Notes: generated from the sequence alone by a model not told the origin. Counted from the first letter of the whole stretch, positions 32,389 through 46,273 are shown. The stretch: 61,718 nucleotides of DNA, filler included, from Globobulimina sp. (GCA_003354225.1; 24 parts of 24 records of this genome joined end to end with filler, not necessarily neighbours in it), one strand, 5' to 3'. A program made the numbers and translations.

Positions 32389-32904
32389 ATGTCTTCCAAA
32401 AAAAGAAAGTTAGATGCTAATGAATCAATATCACCGAAAAAACGAAAATTAAACACTAAAGAAGAAACTGATAGTTTACCTAAACGTAATTACAATATAT
32501 TATTTCAACAAGTACGTAAATCATCATTGGTAAAGAAATTACATGTTGAAGATGACATTGTTAAATTGATATCAGAATTTGGTCGTGGATATATCACTGA
32601 GTGTTGCTATTGTCAAACTGAAGAACATTTGGATGATATTTGTACTTTATTTAAGGAATTGAGTGATTGGAGACCTTGGGAAAATAAAGGTTATGATCCA
32701 GAACCAACATGTCCAAAATGCAGTTCACAGTTTGAATGCACATTCTGCCAGGAATTAATGGAAGACACATATAAATGTGAAGCATGTGGCTGTAATGTAT
32801 GCCTAAGTCGTAATTGTGAGAGTGAACACCAGGAAGAACATATGGGACAGGATTTGGGATTTACTGAATCTACACTCGAGGGTATGGCATATGAATCATA
32901 TTAA
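32389..32904 (+). CDS. Small Cys-rich hypothetical protein with basic NLS-like N-terminus
   Basis: SKKRKL..PKKRKL; CxxC pairs CCYC, CPKC, CTFC, CEAC and CNVC. Confidence 0.6.
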   Translation: MSSKKRKLDANESISPKKRKLNTKEETDSLPKRNYNILFQQVRKSSLVKKLHVEDDIVKLISEFGRGYITECCYCQTEEHLDDICTLFKELSDWRPWENKGYDPEPTCPKCSSQFECTFCQELMEDTYKCEACGCNVCLSRNCESEHQEEHMGQDLGFTESTLEGMAYESY

Positions 32905-33496
32905 ACACTGGAAAGAGGACTCATTTCCGATTATTTCTCATTTATCAAATAATTTCATAATATCTGATATCAAGTTTGTTCACCCACTGCGGATTTAGAC
33001 TCAGACAACCGAAAACACACAACCATGATTGTCAAAGTAGCCCAGCAAATTCTGTAACTTCTAACTCGTTTCTGAATCATTGTTGCACATTCTTCATCAA
33101 AACACATTCCTGTACAACATCCACGATTCGTTTCATCTCAATCTATCCAAACCGCCAAGATAGACCCATCAAATTACACAAAACAAATCGGAATATTCTC
33201 CAGGAATCTATCTCTTTCTTTTCCTCCTTTTTCCTTCCGGCAAACCATGCATTATCGTCAATAATTTTTAATAAATAAATAAAAATAAATGGGTAATTAT
33301 CTATATCACTGTGGTTTTGCAATAAAATTAAGTGTGCATTTCCATTCTTATTTAAACATTCATTCCAATAAATATTGCATTTTTCAGTGTTACTTGNNNN
33401 NNNNNNNNNNNNNNNNNNNNNNNNNNNNNNNNNNNNNNNNTTAATTAATTAANNNNNNNNNNNNNNNNNNNNNNNNNNNNNNNNNNNNNNNNNNNN

Positions 33497-35880
33497 ATGG
33501 TCCCCGTCAAGCGTCCTTTGCTTATTAGGCGAAAAGGACATGGAAATATTAAATAGTATGAAATTAGGCATTACTTTGGTGACTTTTGCCGACGACAACG
33601 GCATTATATCAAATGGCCAAATCACTGACCATATCATATTAACAAATAACATTAATTTTGCACTCCGGATAATCACTTATATAATTCGCAGTAAACAACT
33701 TTTAATGTCTGTACCCAAACAGCAATATATTGTATGGCTGCCAACCAACAAAATCCCAGATACATATATTCATTCTATTAATTATTTGGATATTATTATG
33801 TTAAAAGACTCAGATAACGAATACGCGCCAATTACCCGCGAACTCACTGTCGTCAAATATTTAGGAGCATGGCTCGACATTCATCTTACATTAGAAATCT
33901 GGATGAAAAAAATCTATCATAAATGCAAGAATTCAACACTAAAAATCATGACTAATTTTGGAAATTCAAAAGCAATGAAAGCAATATGGATACAGCGCCT
34001 ATTCAAATCTCTCATATTACCGAAGTTTTATGGCATCGAATTATGGGGTTCATCCCCAACAAAAATCAAATTAAAAATCAAATCATTGTACAACGATATG
34101 ATACGATTCAGTAACGGCGACAGCGACCATTCCTCGCCACTTAACATCATTACTATGCAAATTAAATGGCACAATTTCGATGATTTTGTCGAATATCGCC
34201 AAGCGAATCTCTGGTCGAAAACGCTTCGCATCCCCGAAACAAACATATTTGCTGCATATATCGACACAAATTATTGGACTGATTGGACGAATAAACGCGA
34301 AGAAGACCAAACCAGATTTAATATAAAAACAAAAATCACCAAAAATGAAATCAAATTAAAATGCGAGAATATAACATTGAGCGATATTGACATCATTGGC
34401 CAATTAAAACGAAGTAATCTTAATTCATCTTCGTGGGAATATGCAGATAATGATGATGATGATGCAAATTATATTACTAAATCATATAAAAAACCAAAAC
34501 GTAATCCAAAGTTATTAAATATTGAAAAAGGACTATTGAATACCTTATATTATGCAGCAAGAAACATAAAATCGTCAGATTACGTTTTTATGCGCGGTAT
34601 GCCGCTAAAACAAATTCCAAAAAGCACCCTCTCTTACTTCCCTCCATTAAATATCCCAACCAATCTAACATCGCATGCCTATGATAAAAATAATAAATTA
34701 GTCGATTTCAGCAAAGATTGGCTTAAACAGTTCCTGCTCTCTCACCAATTACAACCGAAATTATTGCAGCTTGGATTCACCGACGGATCAAACAAAAATC
34801 AATTCGGCGGATCCGGTCTATTTTCTTGCTCCGCTCATTATTATATTCACCAACTTTCATATGAATCTATAATAAATAACAAATTCGTGGATTATGATAT
34901 TACAAATAACCACAATTCAGTCTCGAATTATTTCTATCACGCCAGGTCAGTGAGTGTCCGATCAAGTATTGACCACTGCGAAATTGATGGAATCGACCTT
35001 ATATTGGACGATCTCGATTATTATATAGAACAAATCAAACAAAATGATACCACAAAGATCCCCAATCACATCTTATTAGTCATCGATAATTTAGGTGTAA
35101 TAAATTGGATCACTGGCAATAACACTATCAAATCAGCTATAATACATAACAAAATCATGAATATTCATAATCAAATCCGTGTATTTCAACAATATGATAT
35201 CACCGTTCATCTAATTTGGAAGAATTCCCATACCGGAGAACCAGGGAATGATTTGGCGGACTTATTTGCCAAACTTGCTATGTACAATTTATATCAAACA
35301 ACCAATTGGAAAGAATTTAAATTATCGCCAACAATAAATGAGTGGAACAACTATGATTTTCAAGCAGTAAAAAAGGAGCACAAACGTAGAGCATGGCACA
35401 ATTCGCTAAACAGACTAAAACAAACATATCAAGTCAATAAATCAAGAAATCATCGAAATAATTTATCTAAACTCTACGTCAAATGGAACATTACATATAG
35501 CCGAATCTTTAAATGTGAATTAAATGAATTAGAATTCTATAAATGGAAAAATATCTCGACGCTACGTACTGGCCATGGAATCCTCAAAGCTCAATCAAAG
35601 TGGAAGACGGATAGAATTTGCCCGCACATAAACTGCAATAATCTCGAAACCACTGCCCATTATCTACTACAATGCATAAACTACAGGGATCTGCGAAATA
35701 TCTTAATGGACGCATATATAGATATTATCACTGAAATAAATCCTGATTTTGATTGGCCACAATCTATAGATAACCAATTAAAAACTATTCTTTTCCCATT
35801 GCAAGAACAAATTATGAACAAAGACAACCAACGCAACGCCACAGTATGGATTCAAATAAGCAATGCAAGGATTGCCTGTC
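33497..35880 (+). mobile_element. Non-LTR retrotransposon ORF2: RT C-terminus, RNase H and CCHC knuckle
   Basis: TFADD (RT catalytic), KYLGAWLD..LT; RNase H FTDGS..GGSG, EIDGI, IDN, WKNSHTGEPGNDLADLFAK; LRTGH..CPHINC..ETTAHYLLQC. Confidence 0.92.
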
Positions 35881-36327
35881 TTTTGTTTCTCATTACTCTA
35901 TTTTATCACTTACACACTTTCATTGACTCTGCCGCATTTATACTAGTTTTAATTATGTATCTTATTATTTTTNNNNNNNNNNNNNNNNNNNNNNNNNNNN
36001 NNNNNNNNNNNNNNNNTTAATTAATTAANNNNNNNNNNNNNNNNNNNNNNNNNNNNNNNNNNNNNNNNNNNNCACTAATGACTAGCTTACTTCGTTAAAA
36101 TCAATGTTATCACCTCTCAAACGACAAATTTTTAGTTTTCTTGCCAGTGATCTAAAAAATATAACACTCTGCCGATTCACCAACAAGTGCGAGGATATAA
36201 TATACAAAAGTGAAACGTATTAATATTTAATAACTAGATAGTGTACGCGCGCATATATATACATTCAAAAAAAAATATAGCGTAATAAAAAAAACACGCC
36301 ACAAAAAAAAAGTGTTTTCATTGATGA

Positions 36328-38271
36328 TCAGTCCATATCTAATAAAGCTTGATATAAAGGAGTAAATATTGGTGTACCAAGTCCAGTGACGGGATCCCAA
36401 CCATCTGCCGCATAAAAACCAATATCATTATCAACTTCACAGCCAACATTATATCCCTCTGTAACATCATTAAAATACTTATTTTCATCTTTGCTTTTAC
36501 TACACAATGAATACAAGACAGGATTAATAAATCCCAACGAGGATTTGCCAGATTCAATTCGTTTATAATTAATCATAGATATCATGCCAGCCACAGTCGG
36601 CGATGACGCTGAGGTTCCCGATACAGTATAAAACTGAGCATTGATATTTATTATAAAATCAACAGCCTGCGCTGAAACATCAGGATACGCCCTCCCTGTC
36701 GACACATACCGTGATTCATCCGGAAACGCTACATTTTCTTTAAAATATGAACGGATCGCTTTTTTTTGCCAATGGGGCGCATCAAAATATTGACTGAATC
36801 CGCCACCAGAGCCACTCCACGCGATCTCATCAGTTGTTATCCCGCCCTGCGTACCGCCAACAGAGGTCACATACGGTGCCGATGCAGGGAATGCCGCATT
36901 GTATGCATCATCTTCACAAAAAGCACTGTCTCCTTTCACGCCGCTATCGCCCGACGAGGCAAACATTGTGACCCCAATTAATGCCAATTTACCAAATTCT
37001 TGATTCGCTCTGGTTACATATTCTTGGCCTAAATCATTTTCATTCGCACCGTAAGACATTGACACAACAAACGGGAAAATATCTGTTGTCAATATGGCTT
37101 CAGTTAAACTAATAAATGGATCCTCTTCGTCATCCATATAATAGACATACGTATAGACCCCTTTTCCTGTGGACTGTTATATATATTATGTACAAGCAAC
37201 TTGCTATAAAAAAAAAGACAGATCGCAGATTCGCTAAACTGTAATATATTGCGTATCCAATTCGGCCTCGGCGCCAGTTCCTTGTGGTTGAGTGCTTGGA
37301 TAACGTTCCATTTCTGACTGTGGTTCAACACCATATTTATCCCAAAATGATTGCAAGTCGTCATCGCTATAATATTGCTCGATTGTGGACAAAATAGCCT
37401 GTCGACAGACTGAACCATCCAAACTGTCCACATTGCCAATAATATCAGACAGGCCCTCTGTCATTGAATATAATTCGTATAACCTTTCCGGTGTATTATA
37501 GGTCTCAGAGTCGGCCACGTCCTCAGTACTGATCATCTGCATCGTTGCGGTGTGATGTTTCAATGGAAAGCGTATGGTCGGCGATATAAAGTCAATATGC
37601 TCATAAATGGCCTCTGGAATGTTATACAGTCCATCTTCAACATGTAAGTGAGTCAAACCATCTTTATTTTCGTAAAGCATATACTTTGCATTCAATAAAG
37701 TATTCGCTTCGGCGCAGCTCAATGATAATGTAATGACGTTGCCATATTCTGAGACAATGTTTAAATTATTATTTTCTGCGGCAAATCCATTCGACGATAA
37801 CCACTCTAAGACAGCATCTAAGCATTCTGGCGATGGCTTGAAATATGAGCGGACTTTATTTTTATCCCAATATTGATGGAAGGAGTCACGGTGCGGATCG
37901 GATACGTCAGTGATATGTGCATCTAATAAGTCGGTGTTTTCTTGTTTCAATGCCAATGTGAGGGTAAATGCGTGATCATCAGTACATTCTTCCTTTTCTG
38001 ACCACGAGGAAGGAACTTGACGGGGTCCAGCTTGACTTTGCTCCATTTGGACCCAGTTCGTTTGGGGAGGATAATGATTTTGTTCCGCGGCCGGTGCTGA
38101 CAGGGCATAAATGATTATCGCTGCACTGATTAATGATACTATGCAAAATAACACTATTCTGGCTCTGCATAGATATGTTTTAATGGTTGTGGTTGTTTCT
38201 GCAGTGTTACTCTTGCTGCGACGCACATTGTTGTTTGTGGCGAGGAGTGGTTCATATTCGAACGTTGACAT
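36328..38271 (-). CDS. Sedolisin (S53) / tripeptidyl-peptidase I-like protease with pro-domain; intron 37174-37239
   Basis: Pro-kumamolisin-like ALKQEN..VSDP..Y; EAELDTQY, VVSMSYG, ASSGDSG, GRAYPDVSA, SGTSASSP, GWDPVTGLGTP; a 66-nt intron joins the ORFs in frame. Confidence 0.95.
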
Positions 38272-38648
38272 GGTTGGAACCTCGTTTTCTTAAAAGATCC
38301 CTTTTTGTGCGCTATCGGGTTTACGGACGTTGTCAGTTGTATAAAAAGTGCGTGTGCCAAATATGTGTTTGCTAAAAAAATTATTAAAAAATATAACCAA
38401 TTATTATACAATCAATATTTAAAGGTATACAATACATTAAGCGATGCATTAACATCCTGTAATAAAATAGTAAACGGATAAAAAAACTGATAATTTTGAT
38501 ATTCAATTTCTGTTCCAAGAGTTTCTGGTTTTGCTTTATGATTACTTGNNNNNNNNNNNNNNNNNNNNNNNNNNNNNNNNNNNNNNNNNNNNTTAATTAA
38601 TTAANNNNNNNNNNNNNNNNNNNNNNNNNNNNNNNNNNNNNNNNNNNN

Positions 38649-40997
38649 AGGAATTTGGGAGCAAATTGTGGGTTGGCAATTTTTAGGTTGGTGCGGTCCA
38701 GCATCGATTTCATATAACGGTAGTGTCCATTGGTATTATGATCCATGGTCAAGTCACCAATGACGTACATATTATGGCACTGTGATTTATATCTATTTAT
38801 ATCGTCAGTGAGGGAGTTATAGAATTTAAGGCTGCGGTCACTCAACTTTGGTTTGTATGTTCTGGCGTAATTTATGGCAATGTAGGTAGGTTTGGATTGA
38901 TTTTTGATTTTAACAGAGATCCAAACGGTATTATGTCCTCTCGTTTTTTTAATTTGATTCGGGTCGATGTTATTGGCTCAATGAAGGGATATTTCAGGAT
39001 TATATCAGGAATTTCATCATCGGATTGCAATGCATTATTGACGTGTCCTTGTATTACTTTACTGACCAAATAGTTTTTATAATTTCGGAGTTGTGTGTTC
39101 TTGGTCCGATATTTATTTATCGAATGTTTGAAAATTTGATTTAAAGATATTATTGCATTATTTTTTTGATTATTTATCCAGTTATCTCGGTTTCCAGAGT
39201 GTATATCTATATTTAATCTGATGTGTGCCCTGCCAATGATTTTTTATATCGCAAACTTTTTTATTCGTGGGGACAAACCATTAACCATTTTATGTGATAG
39301 TTATTGTTTGCAACGGCTTGTTTTAGAATTACGTCGTTTTCAACATAATGGTTTTTGAGTATGAAGTCATACAGAGCCAAAACTTTCGCTGGACTTTTAT
39401 TGAAAGCATGGAGCTGTTTGTAAACAGTTAGTTCAGAGGTTTCATTTAGATATGGGATCTTCTTGAACCTTATCGTTATATGCTTCGGAAAGTGGCGCAC
39501 AATGTAGGATTTAATTGGATGATAGCGATGTTGTGGCATCCGTATAGTGATCCACCTCAATGATTTATCCATTATGATCTTTATATGTCGATAGATTTTG
39601 CGTATTCGATGTTGGTGACGCTCAATGAATCGATAAAGGGATTGCGTGTGTTTGTGGTCTTTAGCGCTGATCATGTAACCTGTTACACACTTAGTTTGGA
39701 TGACATTCCTGTAATGATTAAAGTAGTTATGGACGGAGTATGTTGTCTTTATTCCGAGGTAGAATCTGTTATTTTGCAGTGTTTCAAGCATGGAGCAAAA
39801 CTTGCTGTTGGTCACCACCGTTATGTATATGTTTTGTTTTGCGAGTGATTAAGACAAGAATTGATTTTGATTGTAATTTAAAATAAGGAGAATGATTCAG
39901 TGCATTGGTAGTGACAATGTTCACTTCATGCAAATCAATGAACAAATTTGCAAAAAAAGAAGATTGTAAATGTAATAAAAATAAGAAAAACGTAGTATAT
40001 AAAGTTAATAAAATTGAGAAAAAAGAGGTGTTTTTAGGTAGAAACGGAGAAAAATTAGAATTTATATTTGTTGGTAGGAAAAAAGAAGGATTGGCAATGG
40101 ATAAAAATAGCGAAAAAAGAGAGCTAATGTTGGTATGTATGCATATAATTTGAGGCAAACATAATGATAATAATAAAAAACAAAGGTAGGAAGTTGTAGT
40201 ATTTGGTCGCGAGTTGTAATATTTTATGACGATTGGGCTGATACAGCCATTGTAAATGCAGCCAAACATATCGATTATGGGTCGGCGACGAAGTTATAAT
40301 CATCATTAATGGCATTATTATTGTTGTTATTATCGCGGTTATTGCTCATTATCTCATTGTCCGCGTCCACATCGTCGTCTTCATCCTGCTCTTTGTCGTC
40401 ATTCTCATTGTCGTCGATCGAGTCATTATCATTTTGGATGGCATATTTCTTAACAACTTTGGTGCGAATACGTAGGGTGAGCAGAGATTCCAACGCATTC
40501 TCGTTCAAAATCAGATCATTTTGACCGGAGATTGTCAATATTTTATGGAATAAAAGATTGCCAATGCCATTATTCTGAAATTTTGCAGCAATTTCTTCAT
40601 GAAATGTGAGTCCTAACTGGTCGATTGTACTCATTTCACTCCATACGACAGGCATGCCATTGATTGTGAGGTCTTTAATACGAGAGACAGCAAAGGAGTG
40701 GTAATAAGTGATTAAAGTATGCTCACTCTGTGCATTTCCTAAGCCAGTGATGCCTTTAAATCCATCCTCTAATTGGGGTCTTATCATTGGGCATCCTTTG
40801 CATTTTGATGTCAAATGTCCGCATTTTGATTGGATGGTGGCTTTGTGCAATTTATTGAGGGCCAAAGTGATCGCATTTGCTGTTTTGCCGTCTCGGGCCA
40901 TATCGATTTCAATTTTAGTCTTCAATTCTTCCAATTTCGCATAAATGATTTGCAATGGTTCGGCGTCGACGCATTTGTTTGCTAATTGTAGGTGCAT
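38649..40997 (-). mobile_element. Probable decayed 5' half of a non-LTR retrotransposon (ORF1-like pieces and APE-like endonuclease fragment)
   Basis: The 38649-38845 frame gives YVIGDL..NG..LDRTNLKIANPQFAPKF, like the APE 'IGDFN..NG..L.I.N..PTF' block. Upstream ORF fragments are broken and not identifiable. Confidence 0.45.
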
Positions 40998-41223
40998 TGT
41001 CGAAAGTATTATATCATTTATATTGTTCAGGGTATTGTCATTGTAAATTATCGTTTTAGATTTTTTGTTGTTGAAGCGATATTGCCATTGATTGCTGTGG
41101 TTCTGACATATTTTTAAGAGCTTNNNNNNNNNNNNNNNNNNNNNNNNNNNNNNNNNNNNNNNNNNNNTTAATTAATTAANNNNNNNNNNNNNNNNNNNNN
41201 NNNNNNNNNNNNNNNNNNNNNNN

Positions 41224-41418
41224 TTTATCTTTTATTCTTTTAAATAAACGAAAATGACCATAATGAGTCATATCAAATACACCATCCAAATAGATGCGTA
41301 ATTTACGTTTATCACATGTCACTTGCGTTATATCAATATTTCCAGATGTAAATGGTACATTAATGCTACCCTTTTCATCCGTCTTTGCTTCTATTTGCGT
41401 TGCTGTTTGATTTGCCAT
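41224..41418 (-). CDS. Choline/ethanolamine-phosphate cytidylyltransferase, N-terminal fragment
   Basis: RIYLDGVFDMTHYGHFRLF (HxGH motif). Confidence 0.85.
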
Positions 41419-41563
41419 GTCAATCAATCTAAAACGCTAAACACCAATCGGAGATTGACAAAATGGAAAATGATGATTATTAAAGTTTTTTTACGTAGAA
41501 AATGACAGACATAATTACGTGAATGCATTCACAACACAAACATGCATCAGATTATCATTCAGG

Positions 41564-43563
41564 TCAAACAACAGTTTTAACTGTTACTACATCTCCAACT
41601 GTCTCAAATTCATCATTTATGGGCAAGTACGAAAGGATAATTGCTCCCAAATCAGGACCAAATCTTTCAATGATGATTGCTCTTCGGATCGGAATAAATT
41701 TATTTGTATAATAAAAATTTGTAATCTCTTTAATTTTTAATTCAACTGTTTGTGTGTCAGCCACTCTGTTCACAGAGGCTCTTGATGGCTGTAAATGTGC
41801 CATCAAATATTGTTCCTTTGCATTAAAATAAAATAATATGGATAAAATAGTACATAATGAAATATAAATTGTTATCAGCACAATTTGAAAAATATGAATG
41901 CGGTTTGTATTCCATATATTGACATTATATCCAAAATATAGATAAAACACAATAAATGCAGGAAATGCTAACGTTACAAATCTAGAGATAAAATATATTG
42001 GAGCAAAAAAGAAAGTTACTGAGCCAACAGCTATGGCCCACAATATATCCAAAGTGCATTCATGTTTGTCAGTAGGACATCCTCTGCCATTTACACATCG
42101 TTTACAATGATTTGTAGCCGATGAAGAAGCTGACCCTTTCCATACATCGCCGTACCACATCCAAAACTTGCCACGAAACTGTGATTGACTTCGATTCTGT
42201 GTATTCTCTCTCAAACCTTTCATTGTTACATTCAAAAATTGACTTTCGTTTCTCTCCTTTTCTAAATATGCAATGAGTACTTCATCATTATCTTTGCACA
42301 TTATATAATTGATACTCGCCAATCTCATCATTTTATCTTGTTTTTTTGTATAGGAAGTGCACCCTTTATATGTGCTGCCAATATGATGCTTTTCAGCTGA
42401 ATTTATCCATGACATCAATGTAAAATAAAATTGTAACGATAATTTATGATAGTTAGGGAATCTCTCAGTGCCTAAAAACACAAATGTCAAAGCTATCCAT
42501 GTCCATCCTGTTATTTCACAGACCAACACACTGGCAATGACACCACAGCTCCATGCTATGCTAACGCCAATAATGCCAAATAAAGTTGCCATGATTTGTT
42601 TAAAAATACTGTTCATTTCATATGAAACGAGCACTGTTGCTAATAAATGTAAATCGAGTGATACAAAAGCAATCATTGGGAATTGCAATATGCATAATTT
42701 GTGGAACCAAACAGTTTGTATTGTGGTGAATGCATTTTTCAAATCCGTGTCATTTGGTTCATAAAATACCCAAGCGACTACAAAGAAGACGCCAAAGAAA
42801 TCAGTGACAGCACACAGCCAATTAAAAGCTAATTGTTTGAAACTCGAGGAAACTCCAAATGAAAATACAAGTGATTTACTCACCACACTTAGTAATGATA
42901 TCAATATTGATATTATTGCGATTATATTTGTTTCATCAAACATCACAATGGCTATCATTTGTATTATTGCTATATATTGAATTAAGCCATCAATCAATCA
43001 AAGTAATGATATATATAATACCTTGCGGAAACGCTATATATTTTCAATGAAATTTGTTTAATTATAATGAAATTAAAATGTATATCGATCATATAATAAA
43101 CACAAATACCTTCAACAAGACTTTCTAATATGAATCCTAAATGTCTTTCAATTTTTGATTGGAAAAATTGTTTGAATTTTGTGGCGTCGTTGGAAGTGGA
43201 ACTTGCATGGAATGACATATCCCAGCAACATAGATGGTTTTCAATAAATCGTGGCAATTTATCACTGTTTGGCTGATTAACATAATAAATCACAAATGGT
43301 ATAAATGGCGAGATTGGTAATAATGTGATAAATACAGCAACGAGTTTGTGCACTTGCCACTCATTGGAATATAAACTGACGCAGGCGCCAGTATATCCAA
43401 TTAAAGCTAACAATATTATTGTTAATGACAGTCCAAAAAATACCATTCTATCATTTTGATAAAATTCAATGCAGACAATAATATCGGTAATAACATCCAA
43501 AACAGATATTGTTTGTGCTAATACATCGTAACATGTTCCCACAATTTTTAGACACGCCATCAT
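41564..43563 (-). CDS. XK-related-like multipass membrane protein; introns 43034-43109 and 42970-43021 flank a 12-nt exon
   Basis: LDVITDIIVCIEFYQNDRMVFFGLSL; splicing gives ILESLVEAFPQAIIQMIAIV (E..PQ..xQ motif of XK proteins); many TM helices. Confidence 0.72.
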
Positions 43564-44632
43564 ATGTAGCTAGCTACTATAGGTATAGTCACACTAACTC
43601 GGTCGTCATTTTGTTTGCTTTGTGCGTTTGATATTGTGTGTGTATTGTATCAATCAGATAGGTTCTAAAAGGAAAGACTTCAATTCTTCGATTTGGCANN
43701 NNNNNNNNNNNNNNNNNNNNNNNNNNNNNNNNNNNNNNNNNNTTAATTAATTAANNNNNNNNNNNNNNNNNNNNNNNNNNNNNNNNNNNNNNNNNNNNGA
43801 GATAAATGGATAGCTGCTGTAATGTCATTGGATAATGGAATGAATAACAATTTTGATAGTTTTATACCGTTAGTTGATGAATTAAAAGATAGTATCTGTT
43901 CACCTCCATTTTTTTCAATTTTATTGAAGGCTTTATCGGAAGATTGTGATTTGTTTTCCAGAGCTCCATTGGATGTTTGTTTTGTAGTCATGGAATTTAT
44001 TGTGCCTTCTGCTGAAATAAGATTTATTGCTCAAAACACATTGTTGCATCCAAATCAATTTCCTGTGTTTGGACAAAATAAAAAGGGGATTATAAAACAA
44101 ATGGCTGCTTTTGGTGCCGGTTGTGATGCTAAATTGCATCAGTTCATTCAAGATATTTCATATAATAATTAAATTAATTTGTAGAATATAATCCTATTTT
44201 TTTTTTGGTTGCACGTTACTTGTATGAATGTCAGATGTACCATGATCTAACAAAACCAATGGATTAATTTTTTGTACTACTGATGATGCAATGAAAGAAT
44301 ATAAAAATAAGTCGGATTTCAACATAAACACACAAAAAAAACAAACATTACCATTTGAACGTTCGCTTCAACGATTTGCAACGTTCAAAATCGGGGAAAA
44401 AATACACATAAATAAAACCAAAACGTAGTAAAGTTGAAAGTAAAAATAATAAACAATTGCAAATATATACCTTCTAAAAATCTAAAATAATAAATATTAA
44501 TGCAAGACACACTGAAATATAAAACGAAAAAAAACTATAAAAACAGAATCAAGATAAATAATAATAATATAAACAGCAAAAGAAAATTAAATAAAAAAAA
44601 AATAATACATAAAAAATAAAAAAAATTAATAC

Positions 44633-46273
44633 TCAAAACTCAGAATGTTGTGCATTTGAGTAATAACAACTAGACTCAGTCATATTTGATCGCGACTCCT
44701 CATCCTCATCCTCATCATCATTATGAATCTCCGGCGTATTGACATTAATCATAGTATTGGTCGATTTGTACCCACTCGTAACAGTATTTGGCGTCGATTT
44801 ATATCTCGTTCTTGTATCCGGCGTATACCCCATGGTTATAGTGTGCGGTGTGGATTTATAACCCGTAGTAATCGTTGTATTCGGTGTTGATTTATATCTC
44901 GTCGACGACAACGAAGTGGCCGCAGTATACGTAGACACAGTGGCACTTGACGTTGACTCTGAATTTGAATGTGAAGAATTCGAATTTGAGCTGGAAGCAG
45001 ATGAAGACATTGAATTTGAATTCGAACTCACAACACTTGTGCTGTACGCATAGGAGTTTGAATTATTCGACGCCGAACTGGATGACGACGAACCGGACGA
45101 ATTTGAATTATTCGACGCAGAGCTCGATGACGAAGAATTGGATTGGTTGGACACGTTCGAACGTATACTCTCGCCGTTGATGGGTAATTGCAAGAAAGCT
45201 TTCGCTGTGACGCTGACCGGCGTATTATTGTTAGTGTTGCTATTTGGACTCTTCATGCTTTTAAAGGACGGAATGGATCGCTCTTTATGGATATTAATGT
45301 CAGCATCGTCTTGTTTTAACTCTTCTTCTTCTATTTCCTCATCGCCATAACTGATACATTTATGATTTCTGCTTTTCTCCATCTCAATATTACCCAAACT
45401 ATGGTGATGGATTTGATTTTGCTCATTTCCATGATCATACACAATGAGTTCGCCATTACCGTTCCTATTGGTAATTATATCATCATTGACATTCACATTT
45501 GCGTGGTCGATGTGGATCTGATACTGTTTGCCCAGCGATAATTTCCTATGGTTTGGCATCGGCGGCCGCTGCAATTGCAACTTGTGCATATTTGGCGAAC
45601 CCGAGCTATGCTTATGAACATATAAGGAATAATGCGACGGATTGGACGCTGCTTTTTTCAGCTTGCGAGCAAAAAAATGGCCGTGCGCATGGCTGTGGTT
45701 ATGGCCATGCACAGACTCGGCCATTAACGGCGATAATATCGATGGACTCGACTCGTTAGTTTGTAATTGCGTGTTTTCATCCACATCGTCAATATCATCC
45801 ATCTCAATATCCTCCTCCGTCAACGTCTGGGTCTGAGTCTGTGCCGTCTGCTGCGTATTAAATGCAGTAAGTTGCAAATGTGACACATGTGTTGGTTCGG
45901 TGCCGCATTCAATATCACTGGCACTCAGTTCTATGCTCTCATTGTTCCTATTTATGGATATCTTGTGTTGCAATTCATTCTCAGTTTGGTCGCTATTGTG
46001 CCGGCTGTCCATACTCGGGATTTGTTCCGTAAATTCTGTGCGTTGTCGATACCGATTCTTGGCCAGTTCAACAACGGTTTGATTCGAGTTTGTCAGGGTC
46101 GCTGTACATGTTTTCGTGTGGTTGTGGCTATGCGTTATATGGCATGTCTGCGACGGCGACGATGAGAATCTGTTCGATATACATTGCGACGGCGAGGTGG
46201 TAGGCGACTGGATATCCTCTCCATTGATGATATTGATGCTCTCCATATCCTCTTCTTGCACCACTGCCGCACT
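44633..46273 (-). CDS. Low-complexity Ser/Thr/His-rich, probably disordered C-terminal region (5' truncated)
   Basis: 543-codon ORF; repeats SSSSSSASNNSNS x2 and YKST(P) x4. Confidence 0.65.
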   Translation of the reverse strand, partial: SAAVVQEEDMESINIINGEDIQSPTTSPSQCISNRFSSSPSQTCHITHSHNHTKTCTATLTNSNQTVVELAKNRYRQRTEFTEQIPSMDSRHNSDQTENELQHKISINRNNESIELSASDIECGTEPTHVSHLQLTAFNTQQTAQTQTQTLTEEDIEMDDIDDVDENTQLQTNESSPSILSPLMAESVHGHNHSHAHGHFFARKLKKAASNPSHYSLYVHKHSSGSPNMHKLQLQRPPMPNHRKLSLGKQYQIHIDHANVNVNDDIITNRNGNGELIVYDHGNEQNQIHHHSLGNIEMEKSRNHKCISYGDEEIEEEELKQDDADINIHKERSIPSFKSMKSPNSNTNNNTPVSVTAKAFLQLPINGESIRSNVSNQSNSSSSSSASNNSNSSGSSSSSSASNNSNSYAYSTSVVSSNSNSMSSSASSSNSNSSHSNSESTSSATVSTYTAATSLSSTRYKSTPNTTITTGYKSTPHTITMGYTPDTRTRYKSTPNTVTSGYKSTNTMINVNTPEIHNDDEDEDEESRSNMTESSCYYSNAQHSEF

